A stretch of DNA of 64,000 nt from Eledone cirrhosa (taxonomy: Eukaryota): positions 306,776,001-306,840,000 of the forward strand of contig OZ024742.1 of assembly GCA_964016885.1 (NCBI GenBank), written 5' to 3'. Shown piece by piece: positions 1 through 12,243 of this stretch. The notes beneath the pieces are model-generated. The model saw nothing but the letters and a program-made list of their open reading frames with translations, did no database searches and was not told the DNA's origin. The position numbers were made by a program, and so were the translations under genes. Within the stretch, counting starts at the first letter, position 1. The number at the start of each line of letters is the position of its first letter.

Positions 1-2150
1 AGCTAACATTGCTAGTAACTACAGACTGTCCTACTTCCTCTCCCTGATCATACGCCCCATCATTGAAATGTCCCCAGATGTATGTGACAGCACGGAGGAC
101 TTCCTCAGCAGAATCGGCGTGTGTAACCGATCTAGGGACCTAACAAACTGCATAATAGGTAGTATGGATGTTGTGTCCCTGTATCCATCTATTGACGTGG
201 ATTTTGCCGTGGATTTTAATGTTGAGTTCCGTGGGATTGATACCTGTGAGCTGGGACTCCTACTTAAACTTACCTATAGTAATAATTATCTAGACACATA
301 TGACCTTAGCAACCTGTGCCCTACAAGACCAGCAAGAGGCAGACCACCTACCATTACCTCAATGGCCAAGAAAACCCACACAGATAGATAGAACGGGTGG
401 ACCAGAGCCATACGGACACCCGAAAACCACGATGAACTGAAGAAAATGACTGCACAAGCGGTAGGGGCCAGCATAAAACTAACCCTTAAGGAACATATGT
501 TCAAATTTAATGGAAAAACATATGCCCAAGAGGAAGGAGCAGCCATTGGTGTTAGCATTGCAGGCGACATAGCTAACTTATTCATGGTATGGTGGGATAG
601 TAGACTTAAACTTAAACTTAAAGAACAATTAGAAGACCCCTTAACCCTGATAATGTACTCCCGCTACGTTGATGATATAAACATCGTGTTAAGACACCCC
701 CACTACAGAACAGTCAGGAACTAGAGAAAAACACAATGGAAAGCATCCAGCAAATAGCTAACTCCATCCACCAGAGCATTAGAGTTACTATAGACTACCT
801 AAGTAAACACCCCAACCATCGATTACCTGTACTAGACACAGAGCTCTGGTTAGATACCATTAATAACAAAAAACAAATCCTCCATTCCCATTATGCCAAA
901 CCCATGACTTCCAAACATCTGATCCACCGAAACTCGGCCGTTTCGGACCATACCAAAATCAACATACTGATTGCGGATTTGGTAAGGGTGATGAGAAACG
1001 TGTCCCGCATGTGCAACCCCGAAGAACTAGTGAGACACATACAACACTTCATCCACCGTATGCAGTTCTCTGGCTACAATCAGAGAGATAGGATCAGAGT
1101 GTATAGAGGAGCCAGAACTAAATGGGAAAAAATCGTAAATAATGACATAAATGGGACCTGCACCTTGTATAGGAGACAATTTTTTGGAATAGAATAGAAA
1201 GAAATAGGAACAAGGCTAATAGAATAAACTCATGGTATGATAGCAATAAATACCAGAGTGTAATGTTCATCGATACAACCCCTAGAGGTGAATTAGCTTA
1301 CAAATTTAGAAGGGCCCTAAATAAACATAAACTCAATATTAAGATAGTAGAAAGACCAGGTACCTCCGTAAAAACACTTATTAGCAAGACATACCCTTTC
1401 CATAGACCCTCATGTATAGATAAGAAATGTATAACCTGTAAAATAAGCCCCCATATTAACTGTAAAACTAGAAATGTAGTGTATAGCATAAGATGTACTG
1501 AAGGACAATGTAGAGACAAAAATATAGTGTACATAGGTCAGACAGCTCGTATTGTAGGGGTACGGATAAATGAACACTGGCGAGACCTTCAAGATAGTAA
1601 AGAATCATCTGTACTCTACCAACATGCTAAAATAGAACACAAGGGTAAATTAGAGAAGATAGAAATAAAAATAGAATCTACACACAGAAAAGACGCAATG
1701 TTTAGACAAATTACAGAGGCAATAAACATAAAAGAATTACAACCAAAATTAAATAGAAAATATGAGTGGAACAGCAACATCACAACTTACAATTAAGGAC
1801 AAAATGAAAACACACACACACACATAGAACAAACAACCAACCAGTAACATGTAAATAAACAAATAAATAAATGAACATAAACACACACAGACACCCGGAT
1901 GTGGCGCATGCGCAGACTGAGCACACAACACACACACAGAAACAAAATGGCGTAGGACAGAACAAAGGAGAGGCACAGAAACAAAGAAAGGAATCCCCAG
2001 TCACTGAAGAGGTCACAGAGTGTGTGACGAAAGAACTATGACTATATATAAACAACTATCTGGTTGTGGAACCAACCAACCAACCAGAAATTTATAAATT
2101 TATAAATTTATTATAAATTTATTATAATAAATTGAAGTGAAAGCAACAGG
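1..2150 (+). mobile_element. Penelope-like retroelement (RT + C-terminal GIY-YIG endonuclease), degraded, 5' end outside the window
   Basis: Broken ORFs 68-391, 446-724, 736-1197 and 1263-1796 carry RT motifs GSMDVVSLYPSI, QEEGAAIG, YSRYVDD, LPVLD and GIY-YIG motifs NVVYSIRC..YIGQT..RINEH..EAINIK..PKLN. The 3' UTR contains an HHR. Confidence 0.93.
1999..2043 (+). ncRNA. Minimal type I hammerhead ribozyme in the PLE 3' terminus
   Basis: AGTCA-CTGAAGA-G-GTCAC(agagtgt)GTGAC-GAAA-GAACTA-TGACT. Stem I AGTCA/TGACT, stem II GTCAC/GTGAC, very short stem III, CUA triplet. Confidence 0.7.
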
Positions 2151-2261
2151 TGCGTGTGTTTGTGTGTTTCTTATTGGCAACATGACCCTCCCAAAGTATA
2201 ACAATATCGGTTTCAACACACGATTTCAGATAAAGAATCTTGCTAAACAAATTCAGAAACG

Positions 2262-2292
<31 letters not shown>

Positions 2293-2295
<3 letters not shown>

Positions 2296-3088
2296 GATAT
2301 TAATAAATGGAAACTATATTTATAAAACCACATTTATTTCATTATACATATTTCAGGCATACCAAATTAAATTATGGTATGCCTTCATCAGACAAAATAC
2401 AATATATAACAGTTTTACAAATAAGCTTTGACGTACCCTATTAAAATGCAACCATTATTTTTGGAAGCCATCCGGATAGTGATTTGTTTATATTATTTTA
2501 ATAAGTCATAGTGTTAAGGACAATTAGAAAAAGACGGAGAGAAAGAAAAAGACGGAGAGAGAGAAAGAAAAAAACGTGGAGAAGTATCTGAGAGAGAGAG
2601 ATGCATGGAGAAAAAAGAAAGAGATAAATAAAGACAGGAGGAAAGAAAGAAAAAAAGAAAAAAAGAAAAAAAGAAAGAAATAAGAAATAAGAAAAACAGA
2701 GGAAAGCAACAGAGAGATATTAAGTTATCAGACAGATAGGAAAACTCAAGAGAGAGAAATATTATATAGAGAGAGGGGGAAATAATGAAAATTTTACGTC
2801 ATGTCATATTAAGTTGAGTTAACAATTTATATGAAATCAATAATAAAAATATAAATATTAATATTCATGAATGGGACATAAATATATAATATGAGAAATT
2901 AAACATTGTTCAATAATGACTACATGTTTAGTTTAAGAACTTGAGATCAATATACCAAAATTTGGGTTTAATCAACCAAAATGCTAGAGAAATCAGTATA
3001 TCTACTCCAAATACTTGTCGAGTGCTTTATATCAGTTATAAAAATATTTACTTGTTGTATCCCAACAATTTTAAATAGAACTTTTGCA
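2293..3088 (-). mobile_element. Non-coding HHR-bearing repeat (PLE-terminus-like), family A copy 1, inside a (TA)n tract
   Basis: Highly similar to 38939-39550. Both copies are flanked by (TA)n and carry a minus-strand HHR. Confidence 0.75.
2335..2399 (-). ncRNA. Type I hammerhead ribozyme
   Basis: Minus strand reads tattttgt-CTGATGA-AGGCATACCA..TGGTATGCCT-GAAA-TATGTA-TA-atgaaata, with a perfect 10-bp stem II. Confidence 0.8.
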
Positions 3089-3206
3089 TATATATATATA
3101 TGTGTGTGTATGTGTATATATGTGTATATGTGTATATATATGTATATATGTATATATGTATGTATATGTATGTATGTGTGTGTGTATATATGTATATATA
3201 TGTGTA

Positions 3207-3291
<85 letters not shown>

Positions 3292-3335
3292 GTATATATA
3301 TGTATATATGTATATATGTGTGTGTGTATGTATGT

Positions 3336-3375
<40 letters not shown>

Positions 3376-3416
3376 ATTTTTGTGTGTGTGTGTGTGTGTG
3401 TATGTATGTGTGTATA

Positions 3417-3485
<69 letters not shown>

Positions 3486-3580
3486 GTGTTTATATATATA
3501 TATATATGTGTATGTGTGTGTATATGTATATATGTGTGTATATGTGTATATGTAGGTGTATGTATGTACGTGTGTGTGTG

Positions 3581-3668
<88 letters not shown>
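3089..3668. repeat. Compound (TA)/(TG)/(GA) microsatellite
   Basis: Direct reading. Similar tracts lie at about 4199-4790, 5380-5686, 15265-15580, 44130-44490, 55250-55845, 56210-56635 and 61100-61640. Confidence 0.97.
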
Positions 3669-3669
<1 letters not shown>

Positions 3670-3672
<3 letters not shown>

Positions 3673-4198
3673 GAGTTTATGTTGGTTGTATACCAACACC
3701 TCAGTATACAGGCTGGAGCACTCGACGAAGTGCGCAGGTTGGTTTGGTTACTCCGGAGTAGTGTAAAATAAAGTTAAATAAAAGTCAAATGATTAAAATT
3801 TAGCTTCGTTTATTACTGCTATATATATTTTAGTGACATCCATCTTTGGCTGTGACCTCTTCAGGCAGTTTGAATTAGTATGGTATAGACAAGTACATAT
3901 GTTGTTTAGGTGTATAATATTGTCAATACTCTGATATGCCCAGTTCCTTGTTGGGTTGTTAATTCACTGAGGAACATATGACTCCAGTTCCTGAGTGAAT
4001 TAACAACCCAACAAGGAACTGGGCATATCAGAGTATTGACAATATTATACACCTAAACAACATATGTACTTGTCTATACCATACTAATTCAAACTGCCTG
4101 AAGAGGTCACAGCCAAAGATGGCTGTCACTGAAATATATATAGCAGTAATAAACGAAGCTAAATTTTAATCATTTGACTTTTATTTAACTTTATTTTA
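3670..4198 (-). mobile_element. HHR-bearing PLE-terminus element (family B) with a ~435-bp fold-back palindrome
   Basis: 3764-3975 is a near-perfect inverted copy of 3987-4198. 3670-3870 is homologous (reverse complement) to 42630-42834. Confidence 0.85.
4093..4147 (+). ncRNA. Type I hammerhead ribozyme (mirror copy at 3815-3869, minus strand, has GAAA>AAAA)
   Basis: ACTGC-CTGAAGA-GGTCACAGCC(aaagat)GGCTGTCACT-GAAA-TATATATA-GCAGT. Stem III is palindromic. Confidence 0.85.
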
Positions 4199-4322
4199 TA
4201 TATATATATATATGTATTTATTTATGTATACGTATGTGTGTATGTGTGTACGTATGTGTGTGTATATTTGTGTGTATGTGTATATATGTATGTGTATCTG
4301 TATGTATGTGTATGTATATTTT

Positions 4323-4457
<135 letters not shown>

Positions 4458-4728
4458 ATATATGTGTGTGTGTGTGTGAATATATATATATATATATATA
4501 TCTGTGTGTGTGTATGTATATATATGTATGTATGTGTATATATGTATGTATGTATATATATATATATGCATGTATATATATGTGTGCATATATATATGTA
4601 TATGTATATGTGTATATGTGTATGTGTGTATGTATATGTGTGTGTATATATATATATGTGTGTATGTGTGTATGTGTATGTATATATATATATATATATG
4701 TGTGTATATATATATGTATGTGTGTATA

Positions 4729-4763
<35 letters not shown>

Positions 4764-4790
4764 GTGTGTATATATATATATATAAATATA

Positions 4791-5378
4791 GGTAGAAGTT
4801 AATATGTCCAGGGATACTGAGGTAAATATTTATATTATATTTTTTAATGTATTTTGAAAAATTGATTGAATTTTACTTGTTCTGCTTATCTTAATATTAA
4901 AGTTCTGGTGTATCAAATTAACACCATTGAACAACCTTGAATCATAGACAACCTATGTATTTCTAGGGGTACCTAGTATCCCTGGACATATTAACTTCTA
5001 CCTTTTTCTCCGTCCGTTGAGAACAATCCTGTTGCTCTACTTGGCTGCTATTTTTTTAGTAGTAATTGTAGACAGCAAGTCTTTGATTTTCCCGCTTTTA
5101 CTTCGGTCCAGTTTACATACGGGTCAATTTTACGACCTTTCAGACCTTTATTAGCTGGCAGGAGGTTGTATATTTTGTCGTTCCTGGGACGTTTAGCCCT
5201 AGGAAGGGAAAATGCTTCTCTGATGAGCTTTGGTTTTCCATCATAAATCCATCGGATTTATGAGGTTTTACAAAGCGAAACTGATCAGTAAGGACCACTA
5301 GGAGAGGTAAATATTTATATTATATTTTTTAATGTATTTTGAAAAATTGATTGAATTTTACTTGTTCTGCTTATCTTA

Positions 5379-5380
<2 letters not shown>
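4791..5380 (+). mobile_element. Retrozyme-like HHR element family C copy 1 (485-bp unit, partial tandem, 28-bp 5' inversion)
   Basis: 4821 onward repeats at 5306. 4791-4818 is the reverse complement of 4975-5002. Flanks are (TA)n. Confidence 0.85.
5216..5294 (+). ncRNA. Type I hammerhead ribozyme
   Basis: TTCT-CTGATGA-GCTTTG..(TCATAAATCC/GGATTTATGA)..CAAAGC-GAAAC-TGATCA-GTA-AGGA. GUA triplet. Confidence 0.9.
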
Positions 5381-5469
<89 letters not shown>

Positions 5470-5538
5470 TATGTATGTATGGTGTATGTGTGTATATATA
5501 TGTGTGTGTATGTGTGTATATATGTATATATGTGTATA

Positions 5539-5577
<39 letters not shown>

Positions 5578-5579
5578 GC

Positions 5580-5610
<31 letters not shown>

Positions 5611-5626
5611 CATATGTGTGTATGTA

Positions 5627-5685
<59 letters not shown>

Positions 5686-5690
<5 letters not shown>

Positions 5691-6332
5691 GATAAGCAGA
5701 ACAAGCAAAATTCAACCAATTTTGCTTGTTCTGCTTATCTTAATATTATAGTTCTGGTATGTCAAATTAATACCATAGAACAACCTTAATACATAGACAA
5801 CCTATATATTTCCAGGGGTACTTAGTACCCACGGGCATATTAACTTCTTCTATTAATATCTCCGTTATGTTGAGAACAAATCTGTTGTTTATATTTAGCT
5901 GCTATTTTTAGTAACGAGATAGACAACACGTCTATGCTTTTCCCGCTTTCACCTCGGGTAGTTCACGTACAGGTCATTTTTCGGCCTTTCGAATCTGTGC
6001 TAGCTGGCAGATAACAATATATTTTATCGTTCCTGGGTCTTTAGCCCTAGGAAAGGAAAATGCTTCTCTGATGAGCTTTGATTTTCTATTGGAAATCCAT
6101 TGGATTTCTGGTGTTTTACAAAGCGAAACCGATCGGTAAGGGCCAAAAGAATAGGTAAATATTTAAATTATATTTTTTTAAATTTTGTTTTTAAAAAATT
6201 GGTTGAATTTTGCTTGTTCTGCTTATCTTAATATTATAGTTCTGGTATGTCAAATTAATACTATAGAACAACCTTAAATCATAGACAACCTATATATTTC
6301 CAGGGGTACTTAGTACCCACGGGCATATTAAC

Positions 6333-6337
<5 letters not shown>
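5686..6337 (+). mobile_element. Retrozyme-like HHR element family C copy 2 (488-bp unit, different start point, 5' inversion)
   Basis: 5723 onward repeats at 6211. 5686-5720 is the reverse complement of ~6198-6232. It is a diverged relative of copy 1. Confidence 0.85.
6064..6142 (+). ncRNA. Type I hammerhead ribozyme
   Basis: TTCT-CTGATGA-GCTTTG..CAAAGC-GAAAC-CGATCG-GTA-AGGG. The palindrome ACCGATCGGT covaries with ACTGATCAGT of copy 1. Confidence 0.9.
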
Positions 6338-6407
<70 letters not shown>

Positions 6408-6971
6408 TATATATGTGTATATATATGTATATGTATATATATTTGTATGTGTGTGTGTATATATATGTATATATGTATGTGTGTGTGTTTATGGGTGCGC
6501 GCGAGTGTGTGAGTGAGTGTGTTTTGTGAATGTGTCTGTTGATTTTTGGCATATAGTTGAATAGTTTAAGATGAAATTTGAAGATAATTGTAAGATATGC
6601 ACTCAATATTTTGAATTTGTCTACATAATTCTCTAAACCTTTGTCACATAGTAGAACCTTAAAGAATTTAGCTTTTAAAGAATCTCCCTTTCCTTTAAAT
6701 CTATCTACCATGACTTACCCCCACTGATCTTATAGACACCTGTTAGCTTAAGAGAAACTTAATAATACGGAGTGGCATGCCATCCTGAACCTGTTTATAG
6801 AATCCTTTCTGCCTTTGTTACTCTAAAAATAAAAATTAAACTATAGCTTTGTAGAATTAGCTTTTAATGAATTCCCTTTTCTATCAACCAATGACCTACA
6901 CCCATCCCACTCCCCATCCTCTCCTACCACTTGTAGAGACCTATAGATACCATACTTATTTTTTGATACCC

Positions 6972-7022
6972 AGATTCCTGATGATTTCTAAAGAATGAAA
7001 CAGTTCTAGTCCTGTAGAATCT
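6972..7022 (+). ncRNA. Type I hammerhead ribozyme at the end of a ~500-bp PLE-like remnant (about 6530-7040)
   Basis: AGATTC-CTGATGA-T-TTCT(aa)AGAA-T-GAAACAG(ttctagtc)CTGTA-GAATCT. 6-bp stem I, closed stem III, GUA triplet. Confidence 0.85.
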
Positions 7023-7041
7023 CATCTATATTAAAACTATA

Positions 7042-7105
<64 letters not shown>

Positions 7106-7119
7106 GTGTGTGTGTATGC

Positions 7120-7166
<47 letters not shown>

Positions 7167-7189
7167 TGTATGTATGTATGTATGTATAT

Positions 7190-7784
7190 GTCAGGTCACC
7201 AGTTGGTGCTAATGGTAACATGTATCCCAGTACAACCTCTCTCATGGTCGGGTCGTTGGCGATTAAACTGGCAACCCCACCAAGGTTTCTTGGTGAGGAG
7301 GGTGACTTTGGACATCCTGCAGGACTAAAAATAAAACCTGTCAGAGGGCAAAGGAGCTCTTAAGAGTCAATGGCCATCCAAAATCACCGGGAGAGATGAC
7401 CCCTTAGCCTTTGTCAAGGCAGAATTCTAGGAGAAGGAAAACTCTGATATAACACCTGCAACCTTGATGGTATCCAATGATGTTGACTTTTTCTTCTTTT
7501 TGGTAAATATCATCTTGGTTAAGAGAGTGGGACTGGCTTTGTGCAGTGCCTTTGCTCACTATAAAAGCTTCACGGCACAGGCATTGCTTTATATCTGGAG
7601 ATATCTCTGCACTTGTCATCACATGGTACTATGTGTCAATAATTGTCACAAGTGTAGTGTTTGTACCAGAGTTTTCAAGTCGCTGGCTGGACTAAAAAGT
7701 CACACTCGTTCAGCTCATCGGTAGGGGTTCTCCTACATGGATTAAAGTAGTGGCCGTACTCGAAAACGAGTTGGCAGCCACCAT
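7190..7784 (+). mobile_element. Internally deleted (bipartite) RTE-type non-LTR derivative, copy 1
   Basis: The 5' ~400 bp is shared with 30621-31156 and 41162-41630. It retains a C-terminal C2H2 finger (HKCSVCTRVFKSLAGLKSHTRSAHR*) and the 3' hairpin CTCG-aaaa-CGAG, and sits in (ATGT)n. Confidence 0.7.
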
Positions 7785-8476
7785 GTATATATAGATATAT
7801 TTACAGGGAGATGAATTGCCTTATGGACAGCAGCATAACCTATATTGGATTCTCTAATTTACATAAGACTTGGATGCATTTATTCCCCTCTTATTTGTTC
7901 TTTTATTAAATTAAATTAGACACCTAGCTTTCAGACAAATGTAATCATATTTTTGTATGTATTCATATACATAAAATATTTGGATTGCCCTGCTATGTTT
8001 CATTTATGCTTAGAAATTCACTAGAGAACACGTATGCTTATTTTTTATCAATATAGCGACTGCGAGACTATAGTTTATAATATCATTTACAGGCTCTGGC
8101 TGAGCTGTAATAATCATTCTACTTTGGATAACTTTGGATAACTGTGCATTTTTTATAATTCATTGATTAACTATTTTATGTCGAGCACAAATATTGGCTA
8201 ATCTAAAAAACCTAAAATGCTTATATAGTTATAACTGTAAGTTTTATTTAATAAACCTTTCTGATAGTAGTAAATATATGTAAAAGCATTTATGATATAT
8301 GCCCATATGGAGAAAAATATTAAGATTGTTTGTCATGTGTTATTTCGGCTTGACAGTTCAGTAGAGAACACATGTGCGCAAGCATGCATATACATACAAA
8401 TATTTATGCATATATGCTCAAACAAATATATTTCATAATATATATTTATAGGCACCGACACACAAGTAAACAGAGC

Positions 8477-8590
8477 ATGACGGAATGGTTAAGGACTTCG
8501 CTTCGCAATCGTTAAGTCTTGGTCTCCTTCCCATTGCGTGGCATCTCGAGCAGGTGTCATTTACGATAGACATAGATCGAACCAAACATA
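8477..8590 (+). mobile_element. Degraded tRNA-derived SINE
   Basis: A-box-like GACGGAATGGTTAAG, followed by a degenerate B-box region and GAGCAGGTGTC. Confidence 0.45.
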
Positions 8591-10976
8591 GAAGGTGCAA
8601 TTAAAGAATCATAAAAAACAAAGTTGTGGAGGGGAATTCGTTGAACGGGCAACAGATTGCACTATCATGTTTGACAAATAGAATGGGGTATAAAAGGAAA
8701 CATTGTAGGCGTATATTATAAGTGGCGAGAGGCTTTGCCAATGGCCAATTCGCTGTCGTGCGGAATTGAGGAAAGCCACACAACCGTGTGTAAGGAGAAT
8801 GTGTTTGGTTTGTTAATATAGAGAGAATATATCCTCGTGTCGAATAAGAATTGTGAGGTGCAAAGTCGGAAAACAATAATTTGAGAGAGTTAAGAATATT
8901 GTTAGTATCCTTTATATGAAAATAAAGGGTAGTGAGAACGGGTGATATAAGTTCATATATAATATATAGTACATGTAAGAAGTATGTTTATGATGAGATT
9001 ATAATATGTATAGTTATGAAGATTTATAAGTGAGTTTATAATAATATCTAGTGCTAAGTGTTAAGAGATTTAGGTTAAGGATATGTCATCTTTAGGTAGC
9101 TACCAGTAGAAATCTAGATCGTTAAGCTACTGAAGATCTGCCTCTCGTCAGAGATTAGACCGCCTGAGAGCTAGAGCACACCCATTGTTGGCAGGTTTAA
9201 TTCTAAGCTATGACTTCATAAATGCCACGTGAACATTATCTGAGAGTGATTTTTAGCCGTTTTAACTCTTTTCAAATTAGAATAAAATCCAACTGCTGAA
9301 ACGACCTCATATAATGGTTTCAAAGTTGCATAATCATAAGTCAGAAATGATCTGTCAAATCAAGCCAAGCACAATTTCAGTCAAATGTGGGTAATGTAAA
9401 TTCAAAGTTGCCACCACTCTTATTGCTATATTGTACAGATAAAGCATCGATTAAAATGATCTTGTCTGGGTAGTGTTTAGAACAATCAGTATACATAATT
9501 GTGGCATCATACATTTGGTATAAAACTTTAACGGCATGAATTAAATTAAATGACATCAACCAAATATCGAAACCACTCTTTAGAATCGCAATACAGATTG
9601 TGTATCATTACTGCACGGCTGTTTGCAATGCACGGATAACACTTTAACAGATTTTATTTAATCAGTGTCATTTCTTGTATTCAGCTAATAACTGACTGAC
9701 ACCCGTAACGATTAATCTGTAAAAGCTTTATTATAATGTGCATCATTATAATAAACCCACTACCGATCTATAGCCCCGTACTAATGTCAAATCAGTAGAA
9801 ACAAATATTATTTTATGTTCAACTGATTTCGTGCAAACTATGGAAGCATTTGTGAAGTTTTAATAATGGATGATAATTGTGAATAAACAACTGTCACCAA
9901 ATACTATATATTTATTCAATGCATAATGCGGTTAAATTATTAAAATCATGCGAAATATGTTGCTTCTATAATTTCAAACACAATAAAACAAATCTTCATT
10001 TTAGATATTTTATTCAATTAATTAAATGGGGAATAAAGAAACAAAATGCGGTGAAATGTACTTTGCCTTTAAATAAATAAATCTTTGTTTCACTGCTCTT
10101 CAAAATAACCTATGGATATATTTTCCAGTTAAATGGTCAAAAATACTAAAATATTCTTCAGAGATTTTGGAGAAAACATTCATTTTTCTTCATCAAATAC
10201 TATTATGTTATAAGAGAATGACGATTTAGCAAACATTGATGCGAACAGTCGAAGGCTTTAAATATCACACATTTTTCTAGGATATAACTAAGATTGTGAA
10301 AAGAAAATGCAATTGTATCTATAAACATGAAATTGGTTTAACCGTTATTATTGTTGTTGTTCGTCGTTGGGATGGTGGTGGTCGTAGTAGTGTTGATAGT
10401 TTTGTTCCTTGTGTAGTTGTGGAGTATTATGTCAACCTTGACGAAGCAAAAGGAATTTCTTGCCGTGACCATATTCTAAGTTTAAGCAGTAACTACAACT
10501 AAATTATCTTATGAAACTTTCATTGATGCGGTGCCATTAGAGAGATATGGGATTGATGGTTCACTATAGGAAAGTCATAGGGATGTCTTACATACATTTA
10601 AAGCATGGTGACATTTTCTGCGATATTAGAAAGAACATCTGCCATAACATACATATTTACATTTCTCAGTCTTCTTATATGCAATACGCAGATATGTATA
10701 TATACATATAGATATTTATATGCGTGTGTGTGTGTGTGTGTTTGCGTGTGTGTACATGTGTATGTGTATAACAGGAGTGGATATAAAAGCATATGCTATA
10801 TGATTATGATATGTCCCAAACTTACAGAAACAGTCATCTGGCATTCTCACACGTTACCGACATACCTGTGATATAGCAATAGCTTAAAACATTCATAATC
10901 AGATTTGGTATGTTTCTTATAAATAAATGTATCGTATATGCGTTCATACACACTTATTTCATAAAATGATCCTATA

Positions 10977-11871
10977 TTAGGTTGTCCGGAATGTTCTGAG
11001 CGTTTTTAAGCTAAATCTTTTTACGCTTCATTAAACACACCTGAAACGAAACACAGTTGACGCTTTGCGTTGATTGAAGTGGTAGTGCATCTCTTCTTTC
11101 TTCCTGACTATAAATAGATTTATCTTTCATTCCAATTACACTTTATTCACACTTGAAATGGTTAACCAAAATTTCCATATTCGCGTTGTAATTCTTTTTT
11201 TTTTTTAAAGGAAGAAAAGACTATTCCGTTTATGATATGCTTTTGAAACGAAATGAAAGTATGCCTTTTTTAAACAACTTGTGACTGGAGATGAAAAATG
11301 GGTGGTGTACGAAAACGTGGTACGAAAAAGATCCTAAAGTTTGCGTGTGGATACCCAAAACAGCAACCAAATATGAATATCCATGCCAAAAAGGATATGC
11401 TTTGTGTTTTGGTGGGATCATAAAGGCATTATTTATTATGAGCTTCTCCAACAAAACCAGGCCAATAATTCTGATGTGTACTATTGTCAGCTGGCTAATT
11501 TGAACCAAAAAGTCAAAGAATTGGGGCCGGAGATTGCCAACAGGAATGGGGTAGTTTCCAACAAGACAATGCCCGACCACATGAACTTGGTTGGGATCTC
11601 TTACCCCATCCGCTATATTCTCCTGATGTTGCGATATCCGGCTATCACTTGGTTCTCTATCTACACAACTAATTGCAAGGAAAAACATTTAACGATTTAG
11701 ATGAGGTCAAAATGCATCTAGATAAATGTTTTCTTCAAAGCCAGTCAAATGTTATGCTGACGGAATATTTACATTGCCTGATAGATTGAAATTATTTCAT
11801 TGAATACAATTTATTGAAAGGTCAATTATTTATATCGCTTTTTGCATATAAAAAACGCTCAGATCTTTCCA
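10977..11871 (+). mobile_element. Mariner (Tc1/mariner) DNA transposon, degraded and internally deleted
   Basis: TA precedes the left TIR TTAGGTTGTCCGGAATGTTCTGAGCGTTTTT, and a partial right TIR AAAAACGCTCAGA is present. Transposase motifs VTGDEKWV, HAKKDMLC/FWWD and HPLYSPD occur across frameshifts. Confidence 0.9.
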
Positions 11872-12207
11872 TTTCTACCCCCCCCCCCCCCCTTATCAGT
11901 AGTTATTCTTCTTCTCCTTTTAGTCTTAAGTATTTCCCTTGAAAAAGTAATGGAAAAAAGAGTGCTCTATGTATTGTACAGAGCTATTTAATTACATAAA
12001 ACAATATCACAACATAATTATTTCATTACCGATCGATGGTTTCAAAAAACTAGATGATTCTTACAAGGAAAATCCAGTTCATTCGTCAGAGAAAATTATT
12101 ATTTATATATATATATGTAAGTAAAAGGTAAACAGAAATAACAACACCATCGGTACAGTATATGGAAGGTATATATGAGGTTAACGCTTGATATAGCAGG
12201 AAGAGGG

Positions 12208-12243
12208 TCTTAACGTTTCGGACGCTAGTCCTTCATCGGAAGA
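12208..12243 (-). ncRNA. Minimal HHR-like motif (CCGAUGA core variant) in a short (TA)-flanked PLE end at about 12118-12332
   Basis: Minus strand reads TCTT-CCGATGA-A-GGAC(tagc)GTCC-GAAACGTT-AAGA, with the AACGTT palindrome. Confidence 0.55.

Noticed and set aside
7190-7290. HDV-like ribozyme in the RTE-derived 5' end (ACC-TCTCTCAT-GGT resembles P3/L3)
   Set aside because: I could not build consistent P1, P2 and P4 pairings across the three copies.
9105-9165. GAAATCTAGATC..CTGAAGA as a permuted HHR
   Set aside because: No convincing stems I or II, and it is single copy in the window.
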